Shown here: one piece after another, positions 10,029 to 20,152 of the stretch
Layout of the letters: the number at the start of each line of letters is the position of its first letter
Position numbering within the stretch: the stretch's first letter is position 1
Source of the DNA: an uncultured Gemmatimonadaceae bacterium
Lineage (GTDB): Bacteria; Gemmatimonadota; Gemmatimonadetes; Gemmatimonadales; Gemmatimonadaceae
Direction of reading: 5' to 3'
DNA: 64,000 nt
Assembly: GCA_963843845.1 (NCBI GenBank)
Contig: CAWJMB010000002.1
Coordinates: forward strand, 768,001-832,000
The notes under the pieces: model-generated
What the model saw: only the letters and a program-made list of their open reading frames with translations
Databases searched by the model: none
Told to the model about the DNA's origin: nothing
Made by a program: the position numbers and the translations under genes

Positions 10029-10083
10029 GTAAGCGGGCCCGCCGCGGCGCCGTCCGCGGCCGGTAAGCGGGGCCTCTCATGCT
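10029..10083 (+). promoter_or_regulatory. SARP-type operator/promoter: GTAAGC x2, 9 bp, CATGCT (-10-like)
   Basis: GTAAGC at 10029 and 10063, then ggggcctct-CATGCT, the same 9-bp spacing as on the divergent side. Confidence 0.55.
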
Positions 10084-10165
10084 TCCCGCGTCGCCACCGC
10101 CGCACCCCGGACGTTGCTCCGCGGCCCGCGCGGCCGACGCTCCCCAACACACCGAGGCCACCGCC

Positions 10166-11041
10166 ATGACCCGCTCTTCGATCCTCGTCGCGACCACCGC
10201 CAGCGCCACCGCCCTCGTCGCCCTGTTCGCGTGCAAGGACCCGACGCACGAGACGGCCGCCCCGACGCGCGTCTACGGCGCCGCGCAGTCGCTCGGCAAC
10301 GGCACCATGCGCTCCTACATCGCCACGGCCCCGAACGACCCCGCGACGCCGGTCGAGGTCGGCGTGGCGCTGAGCGAACAGGCGCTGCAGGGGCTCCCCG
10401 CGGCGACGGGCGACATGATGCGCGACATGCACATGTACATCCTGGAGCTGCCGGCGAAGAACCCGACGCCGTACACGTTCGTGCAGTTCGACTGGAACCC
10501 GGCGGGGCACGAGCCGGCCGGCGTCTACGACAGCCCGCACTTCGACTTCCACTTCTGGAAGGTGCCGCGGGCGGTGCGCGAGTCCATCGTGCCGAGCGAC
10601 CCGGCGTACGGCACGAAGGCGGGAAAGCTCCCGGCGCAGCAGTACCGCGCGCAGTTCTACGTCGACGGCATGACGGCGGCGGGGGGCGCGCCGGCCGCCG
10701 CGGTCGCCGTGCCGCTCATGGGGATGCACTGGATCGACGTCCGCTCGCCGGAGATCCAGGCGCTGACCGGCAACCCGGCCGGCTACAAGCCGTTCACGAC
10801 GACGTTCCTCTACGGATCGTGGGACGGCGAGTTCGTGTTCGACGAACCGATGATCACGCGGGCGTACATCCTCGCGAAGCACGAGGCGACCGACCCGGCG
10901 GTGCGCGACGAGGTCATCCAGGTGCCCACGCCGGGGCAGCAGGCGAAGCCCGGCTACTACCCGAGCGCGTACCGCATCGCGTGGGACGCGGCGGCGAAGG
11001 AGTATCGCATCGCGCTGACGCAGCTCGCGAAGCGGAACTGA
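10166..11041 (+). CDS. DUF5602 (TTHB210-like) lipoprotein
   Basis: Lipobox LFAC; WNPAGHEP, PHFDFHF, VPLMGMHW, FLYGSWDG..F.EPMIT. Confidence 0.8.
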   Translation: MTRSSILVATTASATALVALFACKDPTHETAAPTRVYGAAQSLGNGTMRSYIATAPNDPATPVEVGVALSEQALQGLPAATGDMMRDMHMYILELPAKNPTPYTFVQFDWNPAGHEPAGVYDSPHFDFHFWKVPRAVRESIVPSDPAYGTKAGKLPAQQYRAQFYVDGMTAAGGAPAAAVAVPLMGMHWIDVRSPEIQALTGNPAGYKPFTTTFLYGSWDGEFVFDEPMITRAYILAKHEATDPAVRDEVIQVPTPGQQAKPGYYPSAYRIAWDAAAKEYRIALTQLAKRN

Positions 11042-11095
11042 CGTGGGAAGGGCGCGTCACGCGGAGTGCGCCGCACCCTCCGCGTGACGCACGGC

Positions 11096-12373
11096 TCACC
11101 GCGCGACCGGGTACTCCCCCGTCTCGCTCTTGCGCAGCAGCCGCGCCTCCGGCACCACGACGCTCGCGATGAGGAGCCCCGCGGCGAGCGCGATCGCCGT
11201 CATGAGCGTGCTGAACGCCGTCTCCAGCCCGGCGACGGCGCGGCGGTCCATGAGGGCGACGAGGCTGCGGAACCCGACGCTGCCCGGAACGAGCTGCAGG
11301 ATCCCCGGCACGAGCACGACGGCCGCGGGGCGCCGCAGCCACCGCTCATAGCCGCTGCTCGCGAGCGCGACGACGAACGCCCCCGCGAACGCCCCGAGCT
11401 CGGCGCCCAACGCCGCCGTGCCGAGCCGGCCGCCGGCGACGCCGAGCGCGCCGGCGAGCACGATCCACGGCGCGTCGCGCGGCTCGGCGCGCAGGATCAC
11501 CGTGAAGCAGAGCGGCGCGACGGCGAGCGCCGCGACGCTCGCCCACCACGGGAGCGCGGACGGGTCGACCGCCGGCGGCAGCCCGACCGCCGCCGCGCCG
11601 AGCCGGTTGCCCAGGGCGACGCCGAACGTGATGCTGAGGAACGTGATCATCGCGCCGCTGAAGCGCGCCGTCCCCGACGCGAGGTGCCGCGTCGCGAGCT
11701 CGCTCATCGCCGTCGTGAGCGTGAGCCCCGGCATGAGCACGATGAGCCCGGCGATCGTCGTCACGAGCACCGACAGCGGCTGCACGACGTGCGCGAGCAG
11801 GATCGCCGCCGCGCTGACGAGGAACGCCGCGAGCGGCTCGAACACGCTGCCGATCCGCGGCCGCCGCCCCGCGCCCAGCGCGAGCACGCCGAGCGCGAGC
11901 CCGAGCACCCCGGCGACGCCGACCTCGCGCCCGCCGCCGCCGAGGAACACGCACGCCGCCGCCGAGACGACGCCGTAGGCGAGCGTCGTGAGCGCCGGCC
12001 CGTAGCGCGGCGGCGCGGCGACGATGCGCTCGATCGCGAGCGTCCCCTCGCCGGCCGGCATCGTTCCCCGCGCCACGTCGAGCGCCACGCGCTCGAGCGC
12101 GGCGAGCTTGCCGAGGTCGACGTCCCCCGGCGAGACGCGCAGCAGGTACGTGCGCTGCCACGCCTCCGGCCCGAACGACGCCATGATCGACGTCGGCGTC
12201 GAGAAGAACTGGTGTCCCGGCAGCCCGAGCCGGTCCGACGTCGCGCCGAGGACCTCCTCGAGCCGGTTCGCCGAGTGGCCGTGCGTGTGCAGCGCGCGGG
12301 CGAGCCGGAGGACGAACCCGGTCGCACCGTCGCCGCGGGCAATGGGGGGCTGATCGAGAGACGAGTCTTGCAT
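11096..12373 (-). CDS. ThrE family threonine/serine exporter
   Basis: LARALH.HG..RLEE, FFSTPTSI, LMPGLTLT.AMSEL, LVPGSVGF; multiple TM segments. Confidence 0.88.
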   Translation of the reverse strand: MQDSSLDQPPIARGDGATGFVLRLARALHTHGHSANRLEEVLGATSDRLGLPGHQFFSTPTSIMASFGPEAWQRTYLLRVSPGDVDLGKLAALERVALDVARGTMPAGEGTLAIERIVAAPPRYGPALTTLAYGVVSAAACVFLGGGGREVGVAGVLGLALGVLALGAGRRPRIGSVFEPLAAFLVSAAAILLAHVVQPLSVLVTTIAGLIVLMPGLTLTTAMSELATRHLASGTARFSGAMITFLSITFGVALGNRLGAAAVGLPPAVDPSALPWWASVAALAVAPLCFTVILRAEPRDAPWIVLAGALGVAGGRLGTAALGAELGAFAGAFVVALASSGYERWLRRPAAVVLVPGILQLVPGSVGFRSLVALMDRRAVAGLETAFSTLMTAIALAAGLLIASVVVPEARLLRKSETGEYPVAR

Positions 12374-12465
12374 ACGCGGAGAAGGGCAGAATACACGAAA
12401 TCGATCGAAGCGCTGGTCTTCCGTGCATTCTGCCCTGCTCCGTGCACGCGACCCCACCCTCTCTC
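12370..12465. repeat. Palindromic REP-like element, copy 1
   Basis: Arms AGGGCAGAATACACG and CGTGCATTCTGCCCT, followed by TGCACGCG..CTCTCTC; homologous to 13877-13968. Confidence 0.6.
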
Positions 12466-12471
12466 ACCCGC

Positions 12472-13074
12472 ATGGCGATCATCACTCGCGGCTTCACCGG
12501 GCGCCGGGCCGAGATCCCGCCAGAGCGCGTGCCCCCCGGACAGTGGGTCACGCGCGACTTCCCCGTGCTCTCCGCCGGCCCCACGCCGCGCACCCCGCTC
12601 GCGGGCTGGGACTTCCAGCTCCGCGGCGCCGTGAGCGAGTCGCGGCGGTGGACGTGGGACGAGTTCCGCGCCCTGCCGCGGGCCGCGGTCACGGTCGACA
12701 TCCACTGCGTGACGACCTGGTCCAAGCTCGACACGCGCTGGGAGGGGGTGCTGATCGACACGCTGCTCGACGGTGTGGACCCGGCCGGCGCCTTCGTCAC
12801 GGCCTTCTGCGACGGCGGCTACACGACGAACGTGCCGCTCGCCGACCTCGTGAACGGGCGGGCGATGATCGCCGACACGTACGACGGCGAGCCGCTCGAG
12901 CCGGAGCACGGCGGGCCGGCGCGGCTGCTCGTGCCGCACCTCTACTTCTGGAAGAGCGCGAAGTGGGTGCGCGGCCTCGAGCTCACGGCGAGCGACGTTC
13001 CCGGCTACTGGGAGGCGCTCGGCTACCACGACCGCGGCGACCCGTGGACCGAGCAGCGCTACCGCGACCCGTGA
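12472..13074 (+). CDS. Sulfite-oxidase-like molybdopterin oxidoreductase (YuiH/MsrP-like)
   Basis: PPGQ, DIHCVTTWSK, GYTTNVPL, EHGGPARL, YFWKSAKW, GYWE..GYH.RGDPW.EQRY. Confidence 0.92.
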   Translation: MAIITRGFTGRRAEIPPERVPPGQWVTRDFPVLSAGPTPRTPLAGWDFQLRGAVSESRRWTWDEFRALPRAAVTVDIHCVTTWSKLDTRWEGVLIDTLLDGVDPAGAFVTAFCDGGYTTNVPLADLVNGRAMIADTYDGEPLEPEHGGPARLLVPHLYFWKSAKWVRGLELTASDVPGYWEALGYHDRGDPWTEQRYRDP

Positions 13075-13086
13075 GCGGCTGAGGCG

Positions 13087-13857
13087 ATGCCCGAGCGGCC
13101 GTTCGCCGAGCGCGGAAGCGTCACGCGGCTCACGTGGCAGCCGGCGCGCGTCGTCGCGACGCGGGCGGAGACGCCGCGCGTGACGACCGTCGTGCTCGAC
13201 GTGCCGACGTGGCCCGGCCACCGCGCCGGCCAGCACGTCGACGTGCGCCTCACCGCGCCCGACGGCTACCAGGCGCAGCGCAGCTACTCGATCGCCTCGC
13301 CGCCGGGCGCGCCCCTTCTCGAGCTCACCGTCGAGCGGCTCGAGGAGGGAGAGGTCTCGTCGCACCTCGCGACGGCGCTCCTACCCGACGACGTGTTCGA
13401 GCTGCGCGGGCCGATCGGCCGCTACTTCGTCTGGGAGCCGACGCTGCGCAGCCCGCTCGCGCTGATCGCGGGCGGGTCCGGCGTCGTGCCGATCATGAGC
13501 ATGCTGCGCACGCGCGCCGCGGCCGGCAGCACGGTCCCGACGACGCTCCTCTACTCGGCCCGCTCGATCGACGAGGTCATCTATCGCGACGAGATCGATC
13601 GTCTCGCACGCGACGATCCGTCGCTGTCGGTGACGTACACCCTGACGCGCTCGCACCCCGCGGACTGGACCGGCCGCCGGCGCCGCCTCGATCGCGCGAT
13701 GCTCGTCGAGACGATCCCGGCGCCGAACGATTCGCCGCTCGTCTACGTCTGCGGCCCGACGTCGATGGTCGAGCTGGCCGCGCACCTCCTCGTCGAGCTC
13801 GGCCACATGCCGACGCGCATCCGCACCGAGCGCTTCGGGCCGACCTCGATGGCGTGA
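13087..13857 (+). CDS. Ferredoxin reductase (FAD/NAD-binding, FNR family)
   Basis: GQHVDVRL, RSYSIAS, GEVS, GPIG, AGGSGVVP, YVCGP, ERFG. Confidence 0.92.
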   Translation: MPERPFAERGSVTRLTWQPARVVATRAETPRVTTVVLDVPTWPGHRAGQHVDVRLTAPDGYQAQRSYSIASPPGAPLLELTVERLEEGEVSSHLATALLPDDVFELRGPIGRYFVWEPTLRSPLALIAGGSGVVPIMSMLRTRAAAGSTVPTTLLYSARSIDEVIYRDEIDRLARDDPSLSVTYTLTRSHPADWTGRRRRLDRAMLVETIPAPNDSPLVYVCGPTSMVELAAHLLVELGHMPTRIRTERFGPTSMA

Positions 13858-13876
13858 CGACGAGACGGGTTTTCAA

Positions 13877-13968
13877 TGCACGGAAAAGGGCCGAATGCAC
13901 GGAACGACCGACGTCTCTAGTCTATTCGGTGCATTCGGCCCGTTTCCATGCACGCGCCCCCTCTCTCT
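13877..13968. repeat. Palindromic REP-like element, copy 2
   Basis: Arms GGGCCGAATGCACGGAA (13888-13904) and TTCGGTGCATTCGGCCC (13925-13941), followed by TGCACGCG..CTCTCTC. Confidence 0.6.
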
Positions 13969-13977
13969 TCCACAGCC

Positions 13978-14295
13978 ATGTTGACCGTTCACGTCCACGT
14001 CCACGTGAAGCCCGAGGCGGTCGACGCGTTCGTCGCCGCGACGCAGGAGAACGCGCGCAACAGCATCCAGGAGCCTGGCGTCGCGCGCTTCGACGTGATG
14101 CAGCAGACGGACGACCCGACGCGGTTCCTGCTGATCGAGATCTACCGCACCGACTCGGCGCCGGCCGAGCACAAGGCGACGGCGCACTACGCCGTCTGGC
14201 GCGACACCGTCGAGTCGATGATGGCCGAGCCGCGGCGGAGCGTGAAGTACGTCGACCTCACGCCCACGCCGCCAGGAGCAGCCAGCTCGCGATAG
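13978..14295 (+). CDS. Antibiotic biosynthesis monooxygenase family (LsrG-like)
   Basis: [34 protein letters not shown]. Confidence 0.88.
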   Translation: MLTVHVHVHVKPEAVDAFVAATQENARNSIQEPGVARFDVMQQTDDPTRFLLIEIYRTDSAPAEHKATAHYAVWRDTVESMMAEPRRSVKYVDLTPTPPGAASSR

Positions 14296-14749
14296 CGAAG
14301 CCGAAGCCGCTCTTCAGCGCCGCGCCGACGACGCGGCCGAGCATCGCGCCGGTCGCGACCCGCGTCAGCGACGTCCCCGGCTCGCGCCGACTCGCCTCGG
14401 CAGCGAACGCGCCGACGAACGCGCCGACGAAGCCGCCGATCACCGAGCCGACGATCGGGATCGGCACGCCGACGAGCGCGCCGATGAAGCCGCCGAGGAT
14501 GGCCCCCCACCCCGCGCGGCGCGACCCGCCGAAGCGCGTCGTGAACTTCGCCGAGACCGCGAACTCGATCAGCTCGGCGACGATCGCGAGGACGAGCGCG
14601 CCGATCAGCGTCGTCCACCCGATGCGCCCGCTCCCCGCGAGCTGGTTGAAGCCGAGGCCCACGGCGAGCATGAGCCAGATCCCCGGAAAGCCGAGCGGGA
14701 TCGTGACGAGGCAGGCCAGCAGGAGGATCGCGAGGAGCAGGAGCGACAT
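14258..14749 (-). CDS. DUF456 family membrane protein
   Basis: [33 protein letters not shown]. Confidence 0.85.
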   Translation of the reverse strand: MSLLLLAILLLACLVTIPLGFPGIWLMLAVGLGFNQLAGSGRIGWTTLIGALVLAIVAELIEFAVSAKFTTRFGGSRRAGWGAILGGFIGALVGVPIPIVGSVIGGFVGAFVGAFAAEASRREPGTSLTRVATGAMLGRVVGAALKSGFGFAIASWLLLAAWA

Positions 14750-14819
14750 CGGACCGGCGGGCGCGGGTGGGTCGGGACGTCCGGGCATGATACCCTACGC
14801 GCCCGCGCCGCGAATGGCG

Positions 14820-16743
14820 TCAGAGCTCGATCTGCGCTCCCAGCTCCACGACCCGGTTCGGCGGCAGCCGGAAGAACTTCGTCGCCGGGCGCGCGTTGCT
14901 GGGCCATCAGCGCGAACAGCTTCTCGCGCCACACGGCCATCCCGTGGTGCGCCGTCGTCGCGATGAGCGTCTCGCGGCCGAGGAAGTAGGTCGTGTCCAT
15001 CGGCGCGCAGCGTGAGGCCGAGCGGCGCGAGCTCCGCGAGGGCGGCGGGAACGTCGGCGTCCTCCATGAAGCCGTAGCGCAGCCGCACCTGCCAGAAGCC
15101 GCTGCCCGAGGTCCTCGACCGCGGCGCGCTGCTCGGGCGGCACCGTCGGCACCTCCTGCGTGATGACGGCGAGGAAGACGACGCGCTCGTGCAGCACCTT
15201 GTTGTGCTTCAGGTTGTGCAGCAGCGCGGGCGGCGTGCCGCTGCGTGTCGCCGAACATGAACACCGCCGTCCCCGTCACGCGGTGCGGCGGGTGCGCCGT
15301 GAGGCTCTCGATGAACTCGGTCGCGCGGCAGCGTGCGCTCGCGCATCCGCTCCGACGAGGATGCCGCGCCCCGTCTTCCACGTCGTGAGCAGCGTGAAGA
15401 CGACGAGCGCCGATGACGAGCGGGAACCAGCCGCCGTGCGGGATCTTGAGCGACGTTGCGCCGAGAAGAACGCGAGGTCGATCGACGAGGAAGACGCCGG
15501 CGACCGCGCGCCGCCTTCGGCGCGCTCCATCCCCACCGCTCGCGGGCGACGAAGTAGAACAGGATCGTCGTGATCGACCATCGTCGTCGTGACGGCGACG
15601 CCGTACGCCGCCGCGAGGTTGCTCGACGTGCGGAAGCCGAGCACGAGGCCGATGCAGCGCGACCATCAGCGCCCAGTTCACCGACGGGATGTAGATCTGC
15701 CCCGTTCGCGCGCCGACGTGTGGTCGATGCTGCACGCGCGGGCAGTAGCCGAGCTGCACCGCCTGGAGCGTGAGCGAGAACGCGCCGGAGATCAGCGCCT
15801 GCGACGCGATCACCGTCGCGAGCGTCGCGATGAGGACGACCGGCAGCAGCGCCCACGCCGGCGCCATGCGGAAGAACGGGTTCGCGATCGCCGCCGGGTC
15901 GCGGATGAGGAGCGCGCCCTGCCCGAAGTAGTTGAGCAGCAGCGCCGGCAGCACGAGCGCGAACCACGCCGAGCCGGATCGGCTCGCGTCCGAAGTGCCC
16001 CATGTCCGCGTACAGCGCCTCGCCGCCGGTGACGACGAGGAACACCGAGCCGAGCACGACGAAGCCGTGCCACCCGTTCGTCGACGAAGAAGCGCACGCG
16101 CGTGCGTCGGCAGCACGGCGCCGAGCACCGCGGGGCTCGCGCACGACCTGCCACGACGCCGAGCGCGGCGATGACGGCGAACCAGAGCAGCATCACCGGG
16201 CCGAAGACCCGGCCGACGCTTCGCCGTGCCGCGGCTCTGCACGAGGAACAGCCCGACAGGATGACGATCGTGATCGGCACGACGAACGGCGCGAACGCCG
16301 GCGTCAGCACCTCGAGCCCCTCGACCGCGCTGAGCACCGAGATCGCCGGCGTGATCATGCCGTCGCCGTAGAGCAGCGCCGTGCCGAACAGGCCGAGGAT
16401 GATGAGGCCCCACCGCCCGCGCCGCAGCGCGTGCGTCGGCGTGATGAGCGACGTCAGCGCGAGGATCCCGCCCTCGCCGCGGTTGTCGGCGCGCAGGATG
16501 AAGACGAGGTACTTGACCGAGATGACGAGGAGCAGCGACCAGAAGATCAGCGACAGCATGCCGAGCACGTTGTCGGGCGTCGGCGCGACGCCGTGCGACG
16601 GGTGGAACGACTCCTTGATCGCGTAGAGCGGGCTCGTGCCGATGTCGCCGTAGACGATGCCGAGCGCCGGCGAGCGACAGCGTGTACAGGTAGCGCCCGG
16701 AGGGGGTGTCGCCCGACGGCGCGGCGCTGGCGTGTGCGTCCAT
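14820..16743 (-). CDS. kup: Kup (KUP/HAK/KT) potassium transporter, many indels
   Basis: Fragments in alternating frames: [110 protein letters not shown]. Confidence 0.93.
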
Positions 16744-16749
16744 GCGGGA

Positions 16750-16815
16750 AAGCTAGGAGTGCCGTGCGCGGCGCCGGCGTCCGAAGGCGCGCTTTAACGG
16801 ACTTTTTGTGCAGAT
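16750..16815 (-). promoter_or_regulatory. Putative KdpE-type operator and leaderless kup promoter
   Basis: AT-rich CACAAAAAGTCCGTTAAAG on the minus strand of the kup/kdpE intergenic region; TAGCTT lies 6 nt before the kup ATG. Confidence 0.4.
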
Positions 16816-16821
16816 TGCGGC

Positions 16822-17534
16822 ATGAACGGTCCGCGCGCGCCCCGCGTGCTCGTCGTCGACGACGAGACCCCGATCCGCTCGATCGTGCGTGCCGCGGTCG
16901 AGTCGGACGGCGGCATCGCCTACGAGGCGGCGAACGGCGCGACGGGGCTCGCGCTGGCACGGCGCGAGCGCCCCGACCTCGTCGTGCTCGACCTCGGCCT
17001 CCCCGACATGGACGGCCTCGCCGCCTGCCGCGCGCTGCGCGAGTGGACCGCGGTGCCGATCGTCGTGCTGTCGGCGCGGCACACCGATCGAGAGAAGGCG
17101 CAACTGCTCGACGCGGGGGCGGACGACTACCTGACGAAGCCGTTCAGCACGCTCGAGCTGCAGGCGCGGCTCCGCGCCCAGCTGCGGCGGGCGCGCATGA
17201 CGCCCGTGCCGGGGGCGACGCGCCGGTGCAGGTCGGCGCGCTCGTCGTCGACATCGCGAACCGGCGCGTGCTGCGCGACGGCGCGGCGGTGCACCTCACG
17301 CCGACCGAGTGGGAGCTGCTGCGCGTGCTCGTCGCGCACGCCGGGCGGACGCTGACCCACCGGCAGCTGTTCGACACGGTGTGGGAGCGCGACCACGGCG
17401 ACGCGCAGCAGTATCTCCGCGTCTACGTCGCGCATCTGCGGCGGAAGATCGAGTCCGACCCGCTGCGCCCGACGCTCATCGTCACCGAGCCGGGGGTCGG
17501 CTACCGCTTCGAAGCGCCCGGCGTGCACGCATGA
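16822..17534 (+). CDS. kdpE: KdpE-like OmpR-family response regulator (frameshift near 17220)
   Basis: VLVVDDE, PDLVVLDLGLPDMDG, LDAGADDYLTKPF, then HLTPTEW, LTHRQL, YLRVYVAHLRRKIE.DP, TEPGVGYRF. Confidence 0.9.
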
Positions 17535-17610
17535 CGCGCGCGAACGCATGACGCGCGCGAACGCATGACGCGCGCGAACGCATGACGCGCGCGAACGCAT
17601 GACGCGCGCG
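17527..17610 (+). repeat. 17-bp tandem repeat (ACGCATGACGCGCGCGA, about 5 copies)
   Basis: ATGA at 17531, 17548, 17565, 17582 and 17599. Confidence 0.95.
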
Positions 17611-18666
17611 GCCCGTCGTCGGTGGGCGATTCCGCTCGCCGCGGCGCTCGCGCTCGTCGCCGTCACCGTCGCGCTGCTGCCGTTCCGCCCGCGACTCGAC
17701 CGCGCGCACGTCGTGCTCGTCTACCTGCTGGTGGTGTTGGGCGGGAGCGCGGCGGCCGGGCGGGCGGCCGGCATCGCGCTCGCGTTCGGCGCCTTCCTCG
17801 CCTTCAACTTCTTCTTCCTCGCGCCCTACCACACGCTCGGCGTGACGGCGCCGCTCGACTGGCTCGTGCTGGCGGCGTTCCTCGCGACGGGGATCATCGC
17901 GGCGCACCTGCTCGCGCGCGCGCAGCGAACGGCCGCCGAAGCGGACCAGCACGCGGCGCGCGCTGCGGCGCTGCGCGAGGCCGACCGCCTCAAGGACGCG
18001 CTGCTCGCGACCGTCTCGCACGACATCCGCACGCCGCTCACGACGATCCGCGCCCTCGCCGACGAGATCGCGGCGACCGGCGACGAGCGGGCGCTCGTCA
18101 TCGTCGAAGAGAGCGACCGCCTGAACCGCTTCGTCGCCGACCTCCTCGACCTGTCGCTCCTGTCGGCGGGCGGCGTGCCGCTCGCGATCGCGCTGAACGC
18201 GGCGGAGGACGTGATGGGGGCGGCGCTGCAACGCGTGCGCGGCATGGCCGGCGCGCACACGATCCGCGCCTCGCTCGACGCGACCGAGCCGGTCCTCGTC
18301 GGCCGCTTCGACTTCGCGCACACGCTGCGCATCATCGTGAATCTGCTCGAGAACGCGCTCAAGTACGCACCGCGCGACACGCCGATCGATCTGTCCGTGC
18401 ACCGCGACGGCGCGCGGCTCGTGTTCGACGTCGCCGACCGCGGGCCGGGGATCGCCGCGGCGGACATCGGACGGGTCTTCGAGCCGCTGCTCCGGTTGCG
18501 GAGCGCGGCGCCGGACGTCGGCGGCGCGGGGCTCGGGCTCGCGATCGCGCGGGGGTTGGCGGAGGCGCAGGGCGGGGCGCTGACCTACGCGGCGCGCGAC
18601 GGCGGGGGGAGCGTGTTCTCGCTCGCGGTGCCGGCGGCGGATCTCGCCGATGCGGCGCTCGCCTGA
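17599..18666 (+). CDS. kdpD: Short KdpD-like sensor kinase (DUF4118 TM + HisKA + HATPase)
   Basis: FNFFFLAPYHTL TM motif, VSHDIRTPLT, NLLENALKY, DRGPGI, GAGLGLAI. It lacks the N-terminal KdpD/Usp and GAF domains. Confidence 0.8.
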   Translation: MTRAARRRWAIPLAAALALVAVTVALLPFRPRLDRAHVVLVYLLVVLGGSAAAGRAAGIALAFGAFLAFNFFFLAPYHTLGVTAPLDWLVLAAFLATGIIAAHLLARAQRTAAEADQHAARAAALREADRLKDALLATVSHDIRTPLTTIRALADEIAATGDERALVIVEESDRLNRFVADLLDLSLLSAGGVPLAIALNAAEDVMGAALQRVRGMAGAHTIRASLDATEPVLVGRFDFAHTLRIIVNLLENALKYAPRDTPIDLSVHRDGARLVFDVADRGPGIAAADIGRVFEPLLRLRSAAPDVGGAGLGLAIARGLAEAQGGALTYAARDGGGSVFSLAVPAADLADAALA

Positions 18667-18831
18667 GTCGTGGGGGGCTGCCGGGCGCTGCCGGCTCGAT
18701 CGCTGACGGCCCGCCGCCGCTCCTGCGCTCCGCGTCGTCAGCTGCGTTCCGCGCTTCCAGCCCCGCCGTCGCGCCGCGAGTCACGCCGTGAGTCGCGCCG
18801 AGTGCGGTAGTCGGTCGCGCCAGATCGCCTC

Positions 18832-20126
18832 TCACCCGGCCAGCTCGGCGACCCGCTCGAGCAGCATCGTCCGCTCCCGCGTATTCCGCGTCAGCTCCGC
18901 CGCCCGCCTCAGCTCGACCCGCGCCTCCTCCGTCCGCCCGAGCTTCGCGAGCAGATCGCCCCGCACGCTCGGCAGGAGATGGTAGCGCGCCAGCATCGGC
19001 TCGTCGCGCAGCGACTCGACGATCGCCAGCCCCGCCTCCGCCCCGAACGCCATCGCGACCGCGACCGCGCGGTTCAACTCCACGATCGGCGACGGCGTCA
19101 GCACGCGCAGCGCATCGTAGAGCGCCGCGATGCGCGCCCAGTCGGTCGCATCGGCCGTTCGCGCGCGTGCGTGACACGCCGCGATCGCCGCCTGGAGCGC
19201 GTAGGGTCCGAGCGCCACGCCCCGCGCCGCGGCGAGCCGCTCGGCCGTGCCCAACGCTGCGAGCCCCGGCGGATGAGCAGCTGGTCCCACCGCGCGCGGT
19301 TCTGGTCGAGCAGCAGGATCGGCGTACCGTCCGGCGCCGTGCGCGCGCCGAGTCGCGAGGCCTGGATCTCCATGAGCGCGACGAGGCCGTGCGCCTCGCC
19401 CTCGTCCGGCACGAGCCCGGCGAGAATGCGGCCGAGCCGCAGCGCGTCCTCGCAGAGCGCGGGGCGCGTCCAGTCGTCGCCTGCCGTCGCGGAGTAGCCT
19501 TCGTTGAAGACGAGGTAGACGACCTGGAACACCGACGCGAGCCGCGCCGTGAACGCGGCGCCGCGCGGGACCTCGAACGGGACGCGCGCCGCGGCGAGCG
19601 ACTTCTTCGCGCGCACGACGCGCTGCGCGATCGTCGCCTCGGAGACGAGGAAGGCGCGCGCGATCTCGTCGGTCGTGAGTCCGCCCAGCAGACGGAGCGT
19701 GAGCGCCACGCGCGCGTCGGTCGACAGCACCGGGTGGCAGGCGACCAGCATCAGCCGCAGCAGGTCGTCGCCGACATGGTCGTCGAGCGCCTCGTGCAAC
19801 GCGATCACGTCACCGTCCCGCCGCGCGTCGAGGTCGCGGCCGATCGCCGCGTGCGTGCGGTCGAGCATCGGCGCGCGGCGCAGCGCGTCGATGGCGCGGC
19901 GCTTCGCGGCAGCCATGAGCCAGGCGCCGGGGTTGTCCGGCACGCCCGCCTCCGGCCATCGCTCGAGGGCGGCGACGAACGCGTCCTGCGCGAGATCCTC
20001 CGCCGCCCCGACGTCGCCGACCATGCGGGCGAGCGCGGCGATGAGCTTCGCCGACTCGATGCGCCACACCGCCTCGATCGCGCCGAACGTGGTCGCGCGG
20101 TGCGGCGCATCGTCATCGTGCGTCAC
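18832..20126 (-). CDS. ECF42-type sigma factor with C-terminal DUF6596/TPR extension (frameshift near 19265)
   Basis: AEDLAQDA, LRLMLVACHPVL, ALTLRLLGGLTT.EIARAF, YLVFNEGY, LLDQNRARWD, YALQAAIAA, PIVELNRAVA. Confidence 0.9.
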
Positions 20127-20152
20127 GTCGGCTGCGTCACGTCGTCACGTCG

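Noticed and set aside
6651..10169. Long Arg/Ala-rich alternative ORFs (also 29632-34020, 47129-50473 and many others)
   Set aside because: These are shadow ORFs of high-GC DNA that overlap well-supported genes and carry no recognisable motifs.
14820..16743. kup (and the M14 peptidase and hsdR) as pseudogenes or programmed frameshifts
   Set aside because: Dense indels with otherwise conserved residues and no slippery motifs fit sequencing error better.
17527..17610. Possible CRISPR array
   Set aside because: The units are contiguous with no spacers, and there are no cas genes; the same applies to the repeats at 25102, 27382, 47237 and 53650.
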